NCBI GenBank assembly: GCA_965220965.1
Contig: OZ244852.1
Span: 320,001 to 384,000 of the forward strand
From: Candidatus Marinacidobacterium sp.
GTDB lineage: Bacteria; Acidobacteriota; Vicinamibacteria; Marinacidobacterales; Marinacidobacteraceae
Length of the DNA: 64,000 nt
Reading direction: 5' to 3'
A program made the translations under genes and the position numbers. The first letter of the stretch is position 1; each line of letters opens with the position of its first letter. Shown one piece after another: positions 50,894 to 61,952 of this stretch. Under the pieces are notes generated by a model. That model was not told the origin of the DNA and did no database searches. It saw nothing but the letters and a program-made list of their open reading frames with translations.

Positions 50894-51736
50894 GTGACCG
50901 ACTCGCACGCCCACCTGGAGGTCGCCCAGTTCGACCCCGACCGTCGGGCCGTGCTGGGGCGCGCCCGCGAGGCGGGCGTCCACACTGTGGTCGCCATGGG
51001 AACCTTCGACCGGGACGGCTCGTTCGAGCGCACCTTCGCCCTGGTGGACGAGCTCCATCCCGCCGGGCGGGACCACGACGCCTCCCTTCCCCGGCTCTAC
51101 ACGACGATCGGCTGTCACCCCCATGATGCGAAGGACTTCGATTCGCTCGGCGGAGAGGAGCGCCTGCTGGAGCTCGCCCGCCGGCCCCGGATGCTCGCGG
51201 TGGGCGAAGTCGGCCTCGATTACCACTACGACCTGAGCCCACGGCCGGTCCAGCAGGACGTCTTCCGGCGGCAGATCCGCGCGGCCCGGGAGCTCGGCCT
51301 GCCGGTCGTCGTGCACCACCGCGAAGCAGAGGACGACTTTGTCGAGATCGCCGATTCCGAGGGACTCCACGACTGCCGGGCCATCCTTCACTGCTTCACG
51401 GCGAGCGAACGGCTCGCCCGGGCGGCGGTCGAGCGGGGCTTTCTGATTTCGTTCTCGGGGATCCTCACGTTCGGGAACGCCGAACCGCTCCGCCGGGTTG
51501 CGGCGGGAGCGCCGGAAGACCACCTGCTGGTGGAGACCGACGCTCCCTTCCTGGCCCCGGTCCCCCACCGGGGCAAGCGGGCGGAGCCCGCGTTCGTGGT
51601 CGAGACCGCGCGGCGGCTCGCGGAGGTCAGGGGAGAGACTCTGGACCGGATCGAAGCCGTGACCGACGCGAATTTCCGCCGCTTCTTCGGCGTCTCGGCG
51701 CCGGGCGGGCTGGCCGGACGAGAGCGCGCCGCATGA
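50894..51736 (+). CDS. tatD: TatD-family hydrolase
   Basis: DSHAHL, GCHPH, GEVGLDY, HCF, ETDAPFLAP. Confidence 0.93.
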   Translation: MTDSHAHLEVAQFDPDRRAVLGRAREAGVHTVVAMGTFDRDGSFERTFALVDELHPAGRDHDASLPRLYTTIGCHPHDAKDFDSLGGEERLLELARRPRMLAVGEVGLDYHYDLSPRPVQQDVFRRQIRAARELGLPVVVHHREAEDDFVEIADSEGLHDCRAILHCFTASERLARAAVERGFLISFSGILTFGNAEPLRRVAAGAPEDHLLVETDAPFLAPVPHRGKRAEPAFVVETARRLAEVRGETLDRIEAVTDANFRRFFGVSAPGGLAGRERAA

Positions 51737-52725
51737 CGAAGCTCGCCGGCGCCGATCCCCTGGCCGCGCTCGAGGAGGACCTGGCCCCCGATCTCGCCGA
51801 GGTGGAGCGCATCCTCGCGGAGCGGATCGACAGCGATCTCGAGCTGGTGAAGCTCGCCGCCCGCTACCTCTACGCCAGCGGCGGCAAGCGGCTGCGTCCG
51901 GCCCTGCTCCTCATGTCCGCGCGGGCCGCCGGCGGCGGCGGGGCCCGGACCGCCTGGTACGCCGCGATGGTCGAGATCGTTCACACCGCGACCCTCATGC
52001 ACGACGACATCGTGGACCGGGCCGACACCCGGCGGGGGAAGGAGTCGCTCAACAGCATGCTGGGGGACGACATCACCGTCCTCCTCGGCGACTTCCTCTA
52101 CATCCAGTCGGTGGCGCTCGGCGCCGAAGGGGGCGACCTCCGGTTCGTGACCGCGCTCTGCGATGTCTCCCGTCGGCTCACCGAGGGCATGCTGCTCGAA
52201 GCGGCGCGGGGCGGGATCCTCGGCCTGACCCGCGAAGAGCACCTCGAGATACTCCGGCTCAAGACCGCCTGCCTCTTCGAGGCCTGCGGGCGGATGGGCG
52301 CCATGGCGGCCGGCGCGCCGCCCCGGATCGAGCAGGCGCTCGGGGACTATGGGAGGCGCCTCGGGATGGCGTTCCAGGTTGCGGACGACCTGCTCGACTT
52401 CACCGCGAGCGAGGCGCAGATCGGCAAGCCGGTCCTGAGCGACCTCAAGGAAGGGCATCTCACTCTCCCCATCCTGCATGCGGTGGAGCGCGAACCGTCG
52501 GCCGCGCCGCTCGTCGAGGAGATCCTCGAAACCGGGGAGCTGGACGCGGAGCGGAGCCGGGAGGTGCTCGAACTGGTGCGCCGGACTGGCGGGCTGGACG
52601 CCGCCCGGGAGGTGGCCTCCACCCACGCCGAAGGGGCCCGTCGGGCGCTGGAGGCGCTGGCGCCGTCCCGCTACCGCGACGCGTTCGAGGAACTCACCCG
52701 ATTCGTCATCGATCGCCGCCTCTGA
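51733..52725 (+). CDS. Polyprenyl diphosphate synthase (IspB/HepT type)
   Basis: GGKRLRP, HDDIVD..RRG, KTA, FQVADDLLD. Confidence 0.92.
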   Translation: MTKLAGADPLAALEEDLAPDLAEVERILAERIDSDLELVKLAARYLYASGGKRLRPALLLMSARAAGGGGARTAWYAAMVEIVHTATLMHDDIVDRADTRRGKESLNSMLGDDITVLLGDFLYIQSVALGAEGGDLRFVTALCDVSRRLTEGMLLEAARGGILGLTREEHLEILRLKTACLFEACGRMGAMAAGAPPRIEQALGDYGRRLGMAFQVADDLLDFTASEAQIGKPVLSDLKEGHLTLPILHAVEREPSAAPLVEEILETGELDAERSREVLELVRRTGGLDAAREVASTHAEGARRALEALAPSRYRDAFEELTRFVIDRRL

Positions 52726-53204
52726 CTCCCGATTTTCCGCCCTACCGCCACCGTCCGGGGCGGACTCCGCACCCGGAGAGGGATCCGGCGGGGCACCGCT
52801 TCCTCGAGCGGCTTCCCTCCGGGTGGCTCCCGGCCCGGGCCGCGCCGCTCGAGCGGCTCGGCGAAGACCGGCTGTTTTGCTACGGGCTCCGGCTGTGTCA
52901 GGACCGCTACTTCTGGGAGGCCCACGCCGTCTGGGAAGAACTCTGGCGCGCCGCCTGCGCCGGGCCGGGGGGACGCCAGTCGGTGGAAGCGCAGGTCCTG
53001 CGCGCGCTGATCCAGCGGGCGGCGGCGGCCCTGAAGCTCGATCTGGGAGACGCCGCCGGCGTGAGCAAGCTGACGGCCGCCTCCGAAGCGGCGCTCGAGG
53101 CCGTTCGCGCCCGGCTCCGCGCCGAACCCGGCCCCGAAGCGCGGCTTCGCGGTCTGGATGCGCTCGCGGAGCGAGTCGGAGAGTCCGCCCCGCTACGATC
53201 CTGA
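52722..53204 (+). CDS. DUF309-family protein
   Basis: Frame of ORF 52983-53204 extended by hand: PPYRHRPGRTPHP..DPAGH, YFWEAHAVWEELW, RALIQRAAA; CTG start overlaps the upstream TGA. Confidence 0.82.
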   Translation: MTPDFPPYRHRPGRTPHPERDPAGHRFLERLPSGWLPARAAPLERLGEDRLFCYGLRLCQDRYFWEAHAVWEELWRAACAGPGGRQSVEAQVLRALIQRAAAALKLDLGDAAGVSKLTAASEAALEAVRARLRAEPGPEARLRGLDALAERVGESAPLRS

Positions 53205-53206
53205 GC

Positions 53207-54565
53207 GTGCCGGCGTCCTCGTCCGAAGACATCTGCGTCCTCGTCGTGGACGACGAGGCGGTGATCCGCCGATCGCTCCGACGCCGGCTTCGCTATGAGG
53301 GCTGGACGGTCCTCGAGACGGCGTCGGGTCCCGAAGCGCTCGAGGCGCTCGAAAGCCATCCGGTGGACCTGGTTCTGCTGGACATCAAGATGCCGGGGAT
53401 GGACGGCATGGAGGTGCTCCAGCGGATCCGGAAGCAGAGCCCGGCGGTCGCCGTCGTCATGCACACCGGGCACGGCGACATCGAGACCGCCGTCCGCGCG
53501 ATCCAGGCGGGGGCGGCGCACTTTCTCGAGAAGGGCGGGGGAGGGGACATCGCCGCCTGTCTCAGGATGGCGATCCAGAAGACGGCGACCCTCGAGCGCA
53601 AGCGCCTGGCCAGGGAGAACCTCCAGTTGGCCGAGGAGGTGGCGGCCCACCGGGACCGCGCCGGGACCGGGAGGCGACTCGTGGGGTCCTCGGCGGCGAT
53701 GGAGAAGGTGCGGTCGCTGATCGAACGGGTGGGGGACTCGGATGTCCGTGTGCTGATCACCGGAGAGTCCGGAACCGGGAAGGAAGTCGCCGCCCGGCTG
53801 ATCCACGCGGCGAGTCCCCGGGCGAAGGGTCCGTTCGTGGAGGTGAACTGCGCCGCCATCCCCGAGGAACTCATCGAGAGCGAACTCTTCGGCGCCGAGC
53901 GGGGCTCCTACACCGGGGCGCATCGTCAGCGGATCGGCAAGTTCGAACAGGCGAATGGCGGCGCCCTGTTCCTCGACGAGGTCGGGGACATGAGCCCGAG
54001 GACGCAGTCCAAGGTGCTTCGGGCGCTCGAGGAGAGCCGGATATCCCGCGTCGGCGGCCAGCGGGCCATCGAGGTGGACGTTCGGGTGCTGTCGGCGACG
54101 AATCAGGATCTGCGGGGCGCCGGCTTCCGCGGGGATCTCCTCCACCGGCTCGAGGTGATCCCCCTTCGGATGCCGCCGCTCCGGGACCGGCTCGACGACA
54201 TCCCGGAGCTCGTGGAGCACTTCGTCGAGGATCTCGAGGCGCACCACGGCCAGCGGGCCCGGCCCTTCACCGATGGCGCGCTGGCGGCGCTCGCCGCCCA
54301 CCGGTTCCCCGGCAACGTCCGCGAACTGCGCAATCTGGTGGAGCGGCTTCTGATCCTGAGTCCGGGGGAGGAGATCACCGCCGAGGATGTCGCGGAACAC
54401 CTCTCGCCGGCTTCCGGCGGCGGTGAGGCCCGCGCTCTGGGCGCCGTCCTCGCTTCCCGCGTCGCCGCCTTCGCCGGAGACCGGGTCGCCGCCGCCCGCA
54501 GTCTGGCCACCACCCCGGACCGTCTGGAGGGCCTGCTTCGGGAGTTCCCGGCCTCGGAGTCCTGA
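53207..54565 (+). CDS. Sigma-54-type response regulator (REC-AAA+, NtrX/NtrC-like)
   Basis: LLDIKMPG, GESGTGKE, ESELFG..GSYTGA, FLDEVGD, FPGNVRELRN. Confidence 0.9.
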   Translation: MPASSSEDICVLVVDDEAVIRRSLRRRLRYEGWTVLETASGPEALEALESHPVDLVLLDIKMPGMDGMEVLQRIRKQSPAVAVVMHTGHGDIETAVRAIQAGAAHFLEKGGGGDIAACLRMAIQKTATLERKRLARENLQLAEEVAAHRDRAGTGRRLVGSSAAMEKVRSLIERVGDSDVRVLITGESGTGKEVAARLIHAASPRAKGPFVEVNCAAIPEELIESELFGAERGSYTGAHRQRIGKFEQANGGALFLDEVGDMSPRTQSKVLRALEESRISRVGGQRAIEVDVRVLSATNQDLRGAGFRGDLLHRLEVIPLRMPPLRDRLDDIPELVEHFVEDLEAHHGQRARPFTDGALAALAAHRFPGNVRELRNLVERLLILSPGEEITAEDVAEHLSPASGGGEARALGAVLASRVAAFAGDRVAAARSLATTPDRLEGLLREFPASES

Positions 54566-54773
54566 TCTGTCAGGGATCGCGGAGCGGTAGAATCGGGGCG
54601 GAATTCCGGTTGCGGGTCGCCTTCCCCGCAGTCCCTGCAGCGTCGTCATCCACCGTGGCGAATCGCCGGCCGCGCGGTCTCATCGCCTGGTCGCGGATCG
54701 GCCCGGGGCTTCTTCCGCGTCTTCACTCCGCGCCTCCTCCGCGACCGCGTTCCGTTCCGCCCCCGCGTTCTCT

Positions 54774-57700
54774 GTGACCTCTCCCACTGTTGCTCCGGCG
54801 GCTGCGTCCGCCACGTCGGGGACTCCGGTTCCGGCCGGCCTCCCTCCGGGCGCGGCTCCGTTCGCCCGCCGCCACATCGGGCCTGACCCGCGCCAGCAGT
54901 CCGCCATGCTCCGGGAGCTGGGCCTCGACTCGCGAGCCCGGCTGATCGCCGAGACCGTCCCGGAGGACATCCGCAGCGACCGGGATCTCGACCTGCCCTC
55001 CGCGCTCTCGGAGGGAGACCTTCTGGAGGCGCTGCGCGACATCGCGGCGACGAACCGGACCCGACGGAGTTTCATCGGCCGGGGGTTCCATGGCGTGGTC
55101 ACGCCTCCGGTGCTGTTGCGGAACATCCTGGAGGATCCGGGCTGGTACACCCAGTACACCCCCTACCAGTCGGAAATCTCGCAGGGCCGGCTCGAGATCC
55201 TGCTCAACTTCCAGACGCTGGTGTCCGACCTGACCGGGCTTCCGGTGTCGAACGCCTCGCTCCTCGACGAGGCGACCGCGGTCGCCGAGGCGATGGCGAT
55301 GTGCTTCCGGAGCGTTCGGGGCCGCGACATCTTCCTCGCCGACCAGAACCTCCACGCCCAGAACCTCGCGGTGCTGCGCACCCGGGCCGACGCGCTGGGG
55401 ATCCGTCTCGAAGTCCGGGACCTGCGGGCGGCGGACCCGCTCGGCGATCTGGCGGAACGGCTGGGCGGGGTCGCCGTCCAGTACCCGGACACCCTGGGCG
55501 GGGTCCACGACTGGCGTCCGCTGGTCGAGCGCGTTCACGGGGCCGGCGGCCTGGTCGTCGTCGCCTGCGATCCGCTGGCGCTCACCCTGCTCACCCCGCC
55601 GGGTGAACTCGGCGCCGACATCGCGGTGGGATCCACCCAGCGGTTCGGGATGCCGATGGGCGGCGGCGGTCCGCACGCCGCCTTCCTTGCCACCCGGGAG
55701 CGATTCCAGCGGAGCGTGCCGGGGAGGGTCGTCGGCGTCTCCCGCGATGACGACGGGCGGCCCGCTTTCCGTCTGGCGCTCCAGACGCGCGAACAGCACA
55801 TCCGCCGCGACCGGGCGACGAGCAACATCTGCACCGCGCAGGTCCTCCCGGCGCTGGTGGCCTCGGCCTACGCGGTCTGGCACGGCCCGGAAGGCCTCGT
55901 CCGGATCGCCCGCCGGATCCGGCGGCTCGCGCTCGGGCTCCGCGAGGGGCTGGAGCGGCTCGGCTATCCGGGCGGTTCCGAGTCGGTCTTCGACACCGTG
56001 ACCGTCCCGTTGCCGCCCGCGGAGGCCGACGAGGTGGTCGCCGCCGCCGAGGCGGCCGGGATCAATCTGGGTCGGGTCGAAGCCGGAGAAGGAAGCGGCG
56101 GCGACGCGGTGCGTATCGCGCTCGACGAGACGGCGAGGCCCGAAGACCTCGACCGGATCCTGGCGGCCTTCGCCCGCGGATCGGCGCCCGCGCCCGCCGC
56201 CGGGCTGCTGGAGGCGGCCCTCGACGACGAGCCGGGCGGGGAACACGCCCTCCCGAGCGCATTGCGCCGAACGAGTCCCTTCCTGACCCATGAGGTGTTC
56301 CATCAGGTCCGCTCGGAACACGAGATGCTCCGGTATCTGAAGCGCCTCCGGGACCGCGATCTGTCGCTGACCACCTCGATGATCCCGCTCGGCTCGTGCA
56401 CCATGAAGCTCAACGCGGCGGCCGAGATGATCCCGGTGACATGGCCGGAGTTCGCCGGAGTCCATCCGTTCGCTCCTCCGGACCAGCTCGCCGGCTTCCG
56501 CCGGATCGCGGCGGATCTGGAGACCTGGCTGGCGGAGATCACCGGCTTTCACGCGGTGAGCCTCCAGCCGAACGCCGGGTCGCAGGGCGAGTTCGCCGGA
56601 CTCCTCATGATCCGGGCGTTCCACCAGAGCCGCGGCGAACCCGAGCGCGACGTCTGTCTGATCCCGACCTCGGCTCACGGGACGAACCCCGCCAGCGCCA
56701 CGCTCGCCGGGCTGCGCGTCGTCGCGGTGAAGACGACCCCCGCCGGCGATATCGACCAGGCCGACCTGGCGCGCAAGGTCGAAGCCCATCCCGGGCGGGT
56801 GGCCGCGCTCATGATCACCTATCCCTCGACCCACGGGGTGTTCGAGGAGGGCGTTCGCGAGGTCTGCCGGGTCGTGCGGGAAGCCGGAGGCCGGGTCTAC
56901 CTCGACGGCGCGAACCTGAACGCGCAACTGGGGCTCACCAGTCCGGCCCGCATCGGCGCGGACGTCTGCCACCTGAACCTGCACAAGACCTTCTGCATTC
57001 CCCACGGCGGGGGCGGCCCCGGGATGGGGCCGGTCGCGGCCACCGAGGAGCTGGCGCCGTTCCTGCCGGGGCACCCCGATGCGCCCGGGGCCGGGCCGCA
57101 GCACATCGGAGCGATCTCGGCCGCGCCCTGGGGAAGCCCGGCGATCCTTCCGATCTCCTGGGCCTACATCCGCCTCATGGGGGCGGACGGGCTCACCGAG
57201 GCCAGCGAAGTCGCCATCCTTTCGGCGAACTACATGGCGGCCCGGCTCGAAGGCCACTACCCGCTGCTCTTCACCGGCGCCCGGGGACGGGTCGCCCATG
57301 AGTTCATCCTGGACTGCCGCCCCTTCAAGCGCTCCGCCGGGATCGAAGCGAACGACATCGCCAAACGGCTCATGGACTTCGGCTTCCACGCCCCCACGAT
57401 GTCGTTCCCGGTGGCGGGCACCCTCATGATCGAGCCCACCGAGAGCGAATCGCTTCCCGAGCTGGACCGGTTCTGCGACGCCATGCTCCGGATCCGCGAA
57501 GAGATCCGGGACATCGAGGAAGGCCGCGCCGACCGCGAGCGGAATCCGTTGAAGCTGGCGCCCCACACCCTGGGGGATGTCGTTTCGGACGCCTGGGACC
57601 GGCCCTACAGCCGGCGCCAGGCCGCGTTCCCCGCGCCCTGGGTCGAGGACGGGAAGTTCTGGCCCCCGGTGGCGAGGGTCGACAATGCCGCCGGAGACCG

Positions 57701-57800
57701 GAACCTGATCTGCAGTTGTCCGGACGACTGGCGATCGTCGGCGGCTTCGGTGAACCCGCCGGCCTCCATCACCCCGCTTCGGGAAGGGGCCCCTGCGTGA
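54774..57800 (+). CDS. gcvP: Glycine dehydrogenase (decarboxylating), single-chain P protein
   Basis: [60 protein letters not shown]. Confidence 0.97.
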   Translation: MTSPTVAPAAASATSGTPVPAGLPPGAAPFARRHIGPDPRQQSAMLRELGLDSRARLIAETVPEDIRSDRDLDLPSALSEGDLLEALRDIAATNRTRRSFIGRGFHGVVTPPVLLRNILEDPGWYTQYTPYQSEISQGRLEILLNFQTLVSDLTGLPVSNASLLDEATAVAEAMAMCFRSVRGRDIFLADQNLHAQNLAVLRTRADALGIRLEVRDLRAADPLGDLAERLGGVAVQYPDTLGGVHDWRPLVERVHGAGGLVVVACDPLALTLLTPPGELGADIAVGSTQRFGMPMGGGGPHAAFLATRERFQRSVPGRVVGVSRDDDGRPAFRLALQTREQHIRRDRATSNICTAQVLPALVASAYAVWHGPEGLVRIARRIRRLALGLREGLERLGYPGGSESVFDTVTVPLPPAEADEVVAAAEAAGINLGRVEAGEGSGGDAVRIALDETARPEDLDRILAAFARGSAPAPAAGLLEAALDDEPGGEHALPSALRRTSPFLTHEVFHQVRSEHEMLRYLKRLRDRDLSLTTSMIPLGSCTMKLNAAAEMIPVTWPEFAGVHPFAPPDQLAGFRRIAADLETWLAEITGFHAVSLQPNAGSQGEFAGLLMIRAFHQSRGEPERDVCLIPTSAHGTNPASATLAGLRVVAVKTTPAGDIDQADLARKVEAHPGRVAALMITYPSTHGVFEEGVREVCRVVREAGGRVYLDGANLNAQLGLTSPARIGADVCHLNLHKTFCIPHGGGGPGMGPVAATEELAPFLPGHPDAPGAGPQHIGAISAAPWGSPAILPISWAYIRLMGADGLTEASEVAILSANYMAARLEGHYPLLFTGARGRVAHEFILDCRPFKRSAGIEANDIAKRLMDFGFHAPTMSFPVAGTLMIEPTESESLPELDRFCDAMLRIREEIRDIEEGRADRERNPLKLAPHTLGDVVSDAWDRPYSRRQAAFPAPWVEDGKFWPPVARVDNAAGDRNLICSCPDDWRSSAASVNPPASITPLREGAPA

Positions 57801-59155
57801 CGACCCGGAAAAGGTCCCTGCGCGCCTGCGCGGCGCAGATCAGTCCCGTCTTCATGGACAAGCGGGCGAGCGTGGAGAAGTACGCCGAGACCCTCGTTGA
57901 AGCGGGGAAACAGGGCGTCGAGCTCGTCGTGACCCCCGAGACCGGGATCCCGTGCTACCCCTACTGGCGCAACAACTTCGGTTACACGGACCCCGAGTCG
58001 GCGAAGCAGTGGAAAGAGACAGTGCTCGCCTTCTACGACGAGTCGGTGCGGATCCCGGGCCCGGAGACCGAGATCCTGGGCCGCGCGGCGAAGAGCGCCG
58101 GCCTCACCGCGGTCATCGGGCTGAACGAGCAGGACGACCGTCCCGGCTCCCGCACGCTCTACAACACGATGCTGTTCCTGGGCCCGGACGGGGAGATCCT
58201 CGGCCGACACCGGAAGCTGATGCCCACCCACCAGGAGCGCATCTTCTGGGGACGCGGGGACGCGAGCGACCTCCGGGTTTTCGACACTCCCTTCGGGGTC
58301 CTCGGCGGTCTGATCTGTTTCGAGAACCACATGACGCTGCTCAAGGCGGCGATGGCGGTCAAGGGCGAGGAGGTCCACGCCGCCTGCTGGCCCGGCTACT
58401 GGGCCTACGCCGGACCGGGCAACACGGTCCGCGACATGAGCGGCGCCCGCTATCCCCTGCACCACTCCGATCAGGACGCCGCCGTCCGCGAGTACGCCTT
58501 CGAGACGCAGACCTTCGTCGTGTCCGCCTCGATGTACCTGCCGGAGGACGCCATACCGGACGACTTTCCCTACCGGAAAACCGCGTCCTGGAAGTGGGCC
58601 ATGGGGGGAAGCGCCATCGCCACGCCCTTCGGGACCTACGCCGCCGAGCCGCTCTTCGGGAAGGAAGGGCTGGTGATCGCCGACCTGGATCTGGCGGACC
58701 GGATCGTGGCCAAGAACGTCTTCGACTGCATGGGTCACTACACCCGCTGGGACGCCGTCCAGTTACGGCTCAGCCGCGAGGCGGTCGGCCCCGAGGTCGG
58801 TGGGGTCAGCCCGCTGGGCCCGCTCTCCTTCCTCGCCGACGCCGCGGGAGGCCCGACCCGCCCCGCGGCCGATTCGGGCGACCTTGGGGACCGTTCCCCC
58901 CGGACCGTGGTGGGCGCGCTCCCGGCGAACCTCGCGAAGCCCTTCCTGGGCGCGCTCATGGAGAAGTTCGGCCCGGAGGCGATCTCGGCGCACCGCGTGG
59001 AGGTGGACGGGGACGATCTCGAGGAGCTGGCCCGGTCCCACGGGCTCTCCCACGACGAGATCGTCTCGCTGATCCACGACTTCCTCGACCTGATCCGCCG
59101 GCGCAGCGGCCTCGTGGTTCCCGACCTCGACGTCGAAGAGCCGGCGGACGCCTGA
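57797..59155 (+). CDS. Nitrilase (carbon-nitrogen hydrolase) with C-terminal extension
   Basis: Triad PE / HRKLMPT / [16 protein letters not shown]; GTG overlaps the gcvP stop. Confidence 0.9.
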   Translation: MTTRKRSLRACAAQISPVFMDKRASVEKYAETLVEAGKQGVELVVTPETGIPCYPYWRNNFGYTDPESAKQWKETVLAFYDESVRIPGPETEILGRAAKSAGLTAVIGLNEQDDRPGSRTLYNTMLFLGPDGEILGRHRKLMPTHQERIFWGRGDASDLRVFDTPFGVLGGLICFENHMTLLKAAMAVKGEEVHAACWPGYWAYAGPGNTVRDMSGARYPLHHSDQDAAVREYAFETQTFVVSASMYLPEDAIPDDFPYRKTASWKWAMGGSAIATPFGTYAAEPLFGKEGLVIADLDLADRIVAKNVFDCMGHYTRWDAVQLRLSREAVGPEVGGVSPLGPLSFLADAAGGPTRPAADSGDLGDRSPRTVVGALPANLAKPFLGALMEKFGPEAISAHRVEVDGDDLEELARSHGLSHDEIVSLIHDFLDLIRRRSGLVVPDLDVEEPADA

Positions 59156-59171
59156 CCGGCCGCTCGTTCGC

Positions 59172-59672
59172 GTGGCGCTCGCGCTTCTCACGTTCCACCT
59201 GGCGGGGCTCGCCGTCTTCGCCTGGACCTGCTTCGCCCCGTTCATCGGGGAGGGCATCGCGGGCCACATCTGGCTCGGTCTCGCGGCGGTCATGCTGGTG
59301 GTGTTCGCTCACACCATGAGCTACCTCTACCTGGTGGCGATGACGAGCGTGATGCGGAAGGCGCTCGCCGGCGAGAGCGGCCCCCGGGTCTTCGTGAACG
59401 ACCCGCGGGGAGACGAGCTCCTGGCGCGCAGCCGGCGGCTCAAGGCGTCGGTTTCGAAGTGGGCGCTGGGAGGCATGGGCCTCCCCATGGTCGCGTTCAT
59501 CCTGGGAGGCGGCGCCCACACGCGGGCGTTTCCGCCGGTGATCCACGCCGCGATCGCGTACGCCGTCCTCGCCTTCCTGGTCGCCGCGGCGCTGTTCGTG
59601 GGTCTCGGGCTCCTCCGGCAGAACCGCCTGGTGGAGGCGTTTCAGTTCGCCTCGCAGACCGAGCCTTCCTGA
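59172..59672 (+). CDS. Hypothetical 4-TM membrane protein with His residues in the helices
   Basis: Four hydrophobic segments; co-oriented with neighbours. Confidence 0.7.
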   Translation: MALALLTFHLAGLAVFAWTCFAPFIGEGIAGHIWLGLAAVMLVVFAHTMSYLYLVAMTSVMRKALAGESGPRVFVNDPRGDELLARSRRLKASVSKWALGGMGLPMVAFILGGGAHTRAFPPVIHAAIAYAVLAFLVAAALFVGLGLLRQNRLVEAFQFASQTEPS

Positions 59673-59716
59673 ACCGCCGCGGCGCCGCCCGGCCCGATGT
59701 ACGATCGGCCGCGCCG

Positions 59717-60559
59717 ATGTCCCGAATGCCCGCTCCCGTCGTTCTCGCCCTGCTGATCGGAGGCTCCGCCGCCGCCCAGACCGTTCCGACGCCGCCCGAT
59801 GCGTCGCTCGGGCCGGACACGGTGTTCGTCGAGGAACTCACCTGGACCGAGGTGGGGGCGCGGGTGCGCGCGGGGGTCCGATCGGTCATCGTGGCCACCG
59901 GGGGAACCGAACAGAACGGCCCGCACATGGTGCTGGGCAAGCACAACTTCATCATCCGGGAGACCGCCGAGCGGATCGCCCGGGAACTCGGCGACACGCT
60001 GGTCGCCCCGGTCGTGGCGTACGTTCCGGAAGGCGGGGTCTCGCCACCGACCGGCCACATGCGCTACCCGGGGGCCATCACGCTTCCCGAGGAGCACTTC
60101 AAGGCGCTGCTCGAGTACGCCGCCCGCGGCTTCGCGCTCCACGGTTTCGAGAACATCATCTTCATCGGGGACAGCGGGGGAAACCAGCGCGGGATGTCGC
60201 AGGTCGCGGACCTGCTGAACGGGGAATGGGAGGCGGCCGGCGAGCCGGCGCGCGTCCTCTATGTGCCCGAGTACTACCGGGGCAACGGTTTCCGCGAATG
60301 GCTCCTCGAGCAGGGGCTGGATGAGGAGGCCATCGGCCGGCACGCCGGGGTGACGGACACGTCTCAGCTCTGGCACGTCGCCCCCGACCAGATCCGCCCC
60401 GAGGCGCGCCTGCCGGGGGGCGGCTTCGAGGGAAGCGGCGTCAGCGGCGACCCCACCCAGGCGAGTCCCGAGCTGGGGGCGAAGGGCATCGCTCTCAAGG
60501 TGGAGACCACGGTCCGACGGGTCCGCGAGATGCTCGCCGAGCCCGGATTGCGCGATTGA
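59717..60559 (+). CDS. Exported creatininase-family amidohydrolase
   Basis: Signal peptide; EELTWTEV, GGTEQNGPH, GDSGGNQ, HAGVTDTS, GVSGDPT. Confidence 0.88.
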   Translation: MSRMPAPVVLALLIGGSAAAQTVPTPPDASLGPDTVFVEELTWTEVGARVRAGVRSVIVATGGTEQNGPHMVLGKHNFIIRETAERIARELGDTLVAPVVAYVPEGGVSPPTGHMRYPGAITLPEEHFKALLEYAARGFALHGFENIIFIGDSGGNQRGMSQVADLLNGEWEAAGEPARVLYVPEYYRGNGFREWLLEQGLDEEAIGRHAGVTDTSQLWHVAPDQIRPEARLPGGGFEGSGVSGDPTQASPELGAKGIALKVETTVRRVREMLAEPGLRD

Positions 60560-61761
60560 TGGCGGCCCCGGCGACCACCAGGCCGCCCGCCACGTCGGAG
60601 ACGGACGCCGCGGACATCCTTCCGCTTCAGCGCCACCTCTTCGACATCCCCCGGGACATCGTCTGGCTGAACTGCGCCTACATGGGACCGCTGCCCCGCG
60701 CGGCGGCCGACGCCGGGACCGAGGGCCTTCGCCGCAAGCTCCGACCGTGGAGCATCGAGGTGGACGACTTCTTCGACGCCTCCGAAGCGCTCCGGAGCGC
60801 GTGGGCGGCGCTGCTGGGGGCGGGCGGCGAGGATCTCGCGCTGACGCCCTCGGCCAGCTACGGGATCACGCTGGCGGCGCGAAGCCTCCCGCTCGGTCCG
60901 GGGGACGAGATCCTCGTGGCGGAGGACCAGTTTCCGTCGAACTACTACCCCTGGACCGCGAGGGCCGCGAGCGCCGGAGCCAGCGTGCGGGTCGTCGCCC
61001 GACCGGCCGACGGCGACTGGACGCGCGCCGTTCTTGACGCTCTGGATGCGCGGGTGGCGGTCGCCGCGCTTCCGCAGGTTCACTGGACCGACGGCGGCCG
61101 CTTCGACCTGGAGCGGATCGGGGCGGCGGTCCGCGATTGCGGCGCGGCCCTCGTGGTGGATGCGACCCAGTCGCTCGGCGCGATGCCGTTCGACGTGGGG
61201 CGGATCCGCCCCGACTTCGTCGCCGGCGCCGGCTACAAGTGGCTTCTGGGTCCCTACTCGCTGGGGTATCTCTACGTCGCGCCGCATCGCCTCGACGCCG
61301 AGCCGCTCGAGCACAACTGGATCCAGCGGGAAAACGCGCGCGAGTTCGCCCGGCTGGTGGACTACACCGAACGCCCCCAACCGGGGGCGCGGAGGTTCGA
61401 TGTCGGGGAGCGCTCCAACTTCGCGCTCGTCCCGGCGGCGCTTCGGGCGGCGCAACAGCTTCTCGCCTGGAGCCCGGAGGCCGTCGCGCGCTCGCTTCGC
61501 CCGAAGACCCGGCGCCTCGCCCGGGAAGCGGAGCGACTCGGCTGCCGCGTCGGTCCCGAGGCGTTCCGGGCCCCGCACTACCTCGCGCTGGGGTTGCCGC
61601 CGGGAGGCGGCGCCGGAGCGCTCGAGCGGGTGCGAGAGGCGCTCTCGGCGCACAGCGTCTTCGTGAGCATCCGCGGCGACTCGGTGCGGGTCACCCCGCA
61701 TCTCTACAACGACGACGAAGACCTGGACCGGTTCCTGGAAGCCCTCCGGTCATCGCTCTGA
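60559..61761 (+). CDS. PLP-dependent class V aminotransferase / lyase
   Basis: LNCAYMGP, VDATQSLG, YKWLLGP, RVTPHLYN. Confidence 0.88.
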   Translation: MAAPATTRPPATSETDAADILPLQRHLFDIPRDIVWLNCAYMGPLPRAAADAGTEGLRRKLRPWSIEVDDFFDASEALRSAWAALLGAGGEDLALTPSASYGITLAARSLPLGPGDEILVAEDQFPSNYYPWTARAASAGASVRVVARPADGDWTRAVLDALDARVAVAALPQVHWTDGGRFDLERIGAAVRDCGAALVVDATQSLGAMPFDVGRIRPDFVAGAGYKWLLGPYSLGYLYVAPHRLDAEPLEHNWIQRENAREFARLVDYTERPQPGARRFDVGERSNFALVPAALRAAQQLLAWSPEAVARSLRPKTRRLAREAERLGCRVGPEAFRAPHYLALGLPPGGGAGALERVREALSAHSVFVSIRGDSVRVTPHLYNDDEDLDRFLEALRSSL

Positions 61762-61766
61762 CGATG

Positions 61767-61950
61767 AGCAGCCTGTTGACAAAGTCACGCGGCGTTCGAG
61801 CGGCGATGCATCCCGCCCGAACCGCGCCCCTTCGGGCCGCTCATCGTTGCGTTTCGCTCGGAATATTCCTCATATGCCTCGCTCACGCGCCTTGTCGGCC
61901 GGGCGCCTCACCGCTCTCGGCGCTGCACGGGACTTCATCAACAGGCTGCT
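61767..61950. mobile_element. MITE-like palindromic element, copy 2
   Basis: Perfect 13-bp terminal inverted repeat AGCAGCCTGTTGA ... TCAACAGGCTGCT; same orientation as the copy at 29744. Confidence 0.8.
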
Positions 61951-61952
61951 AA

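Noticed and set aside
54566-54773. Glycine riboswitch before gcvP
   Set aside because: No GGAGAG...CCGAAG...CTCTCAGG core found
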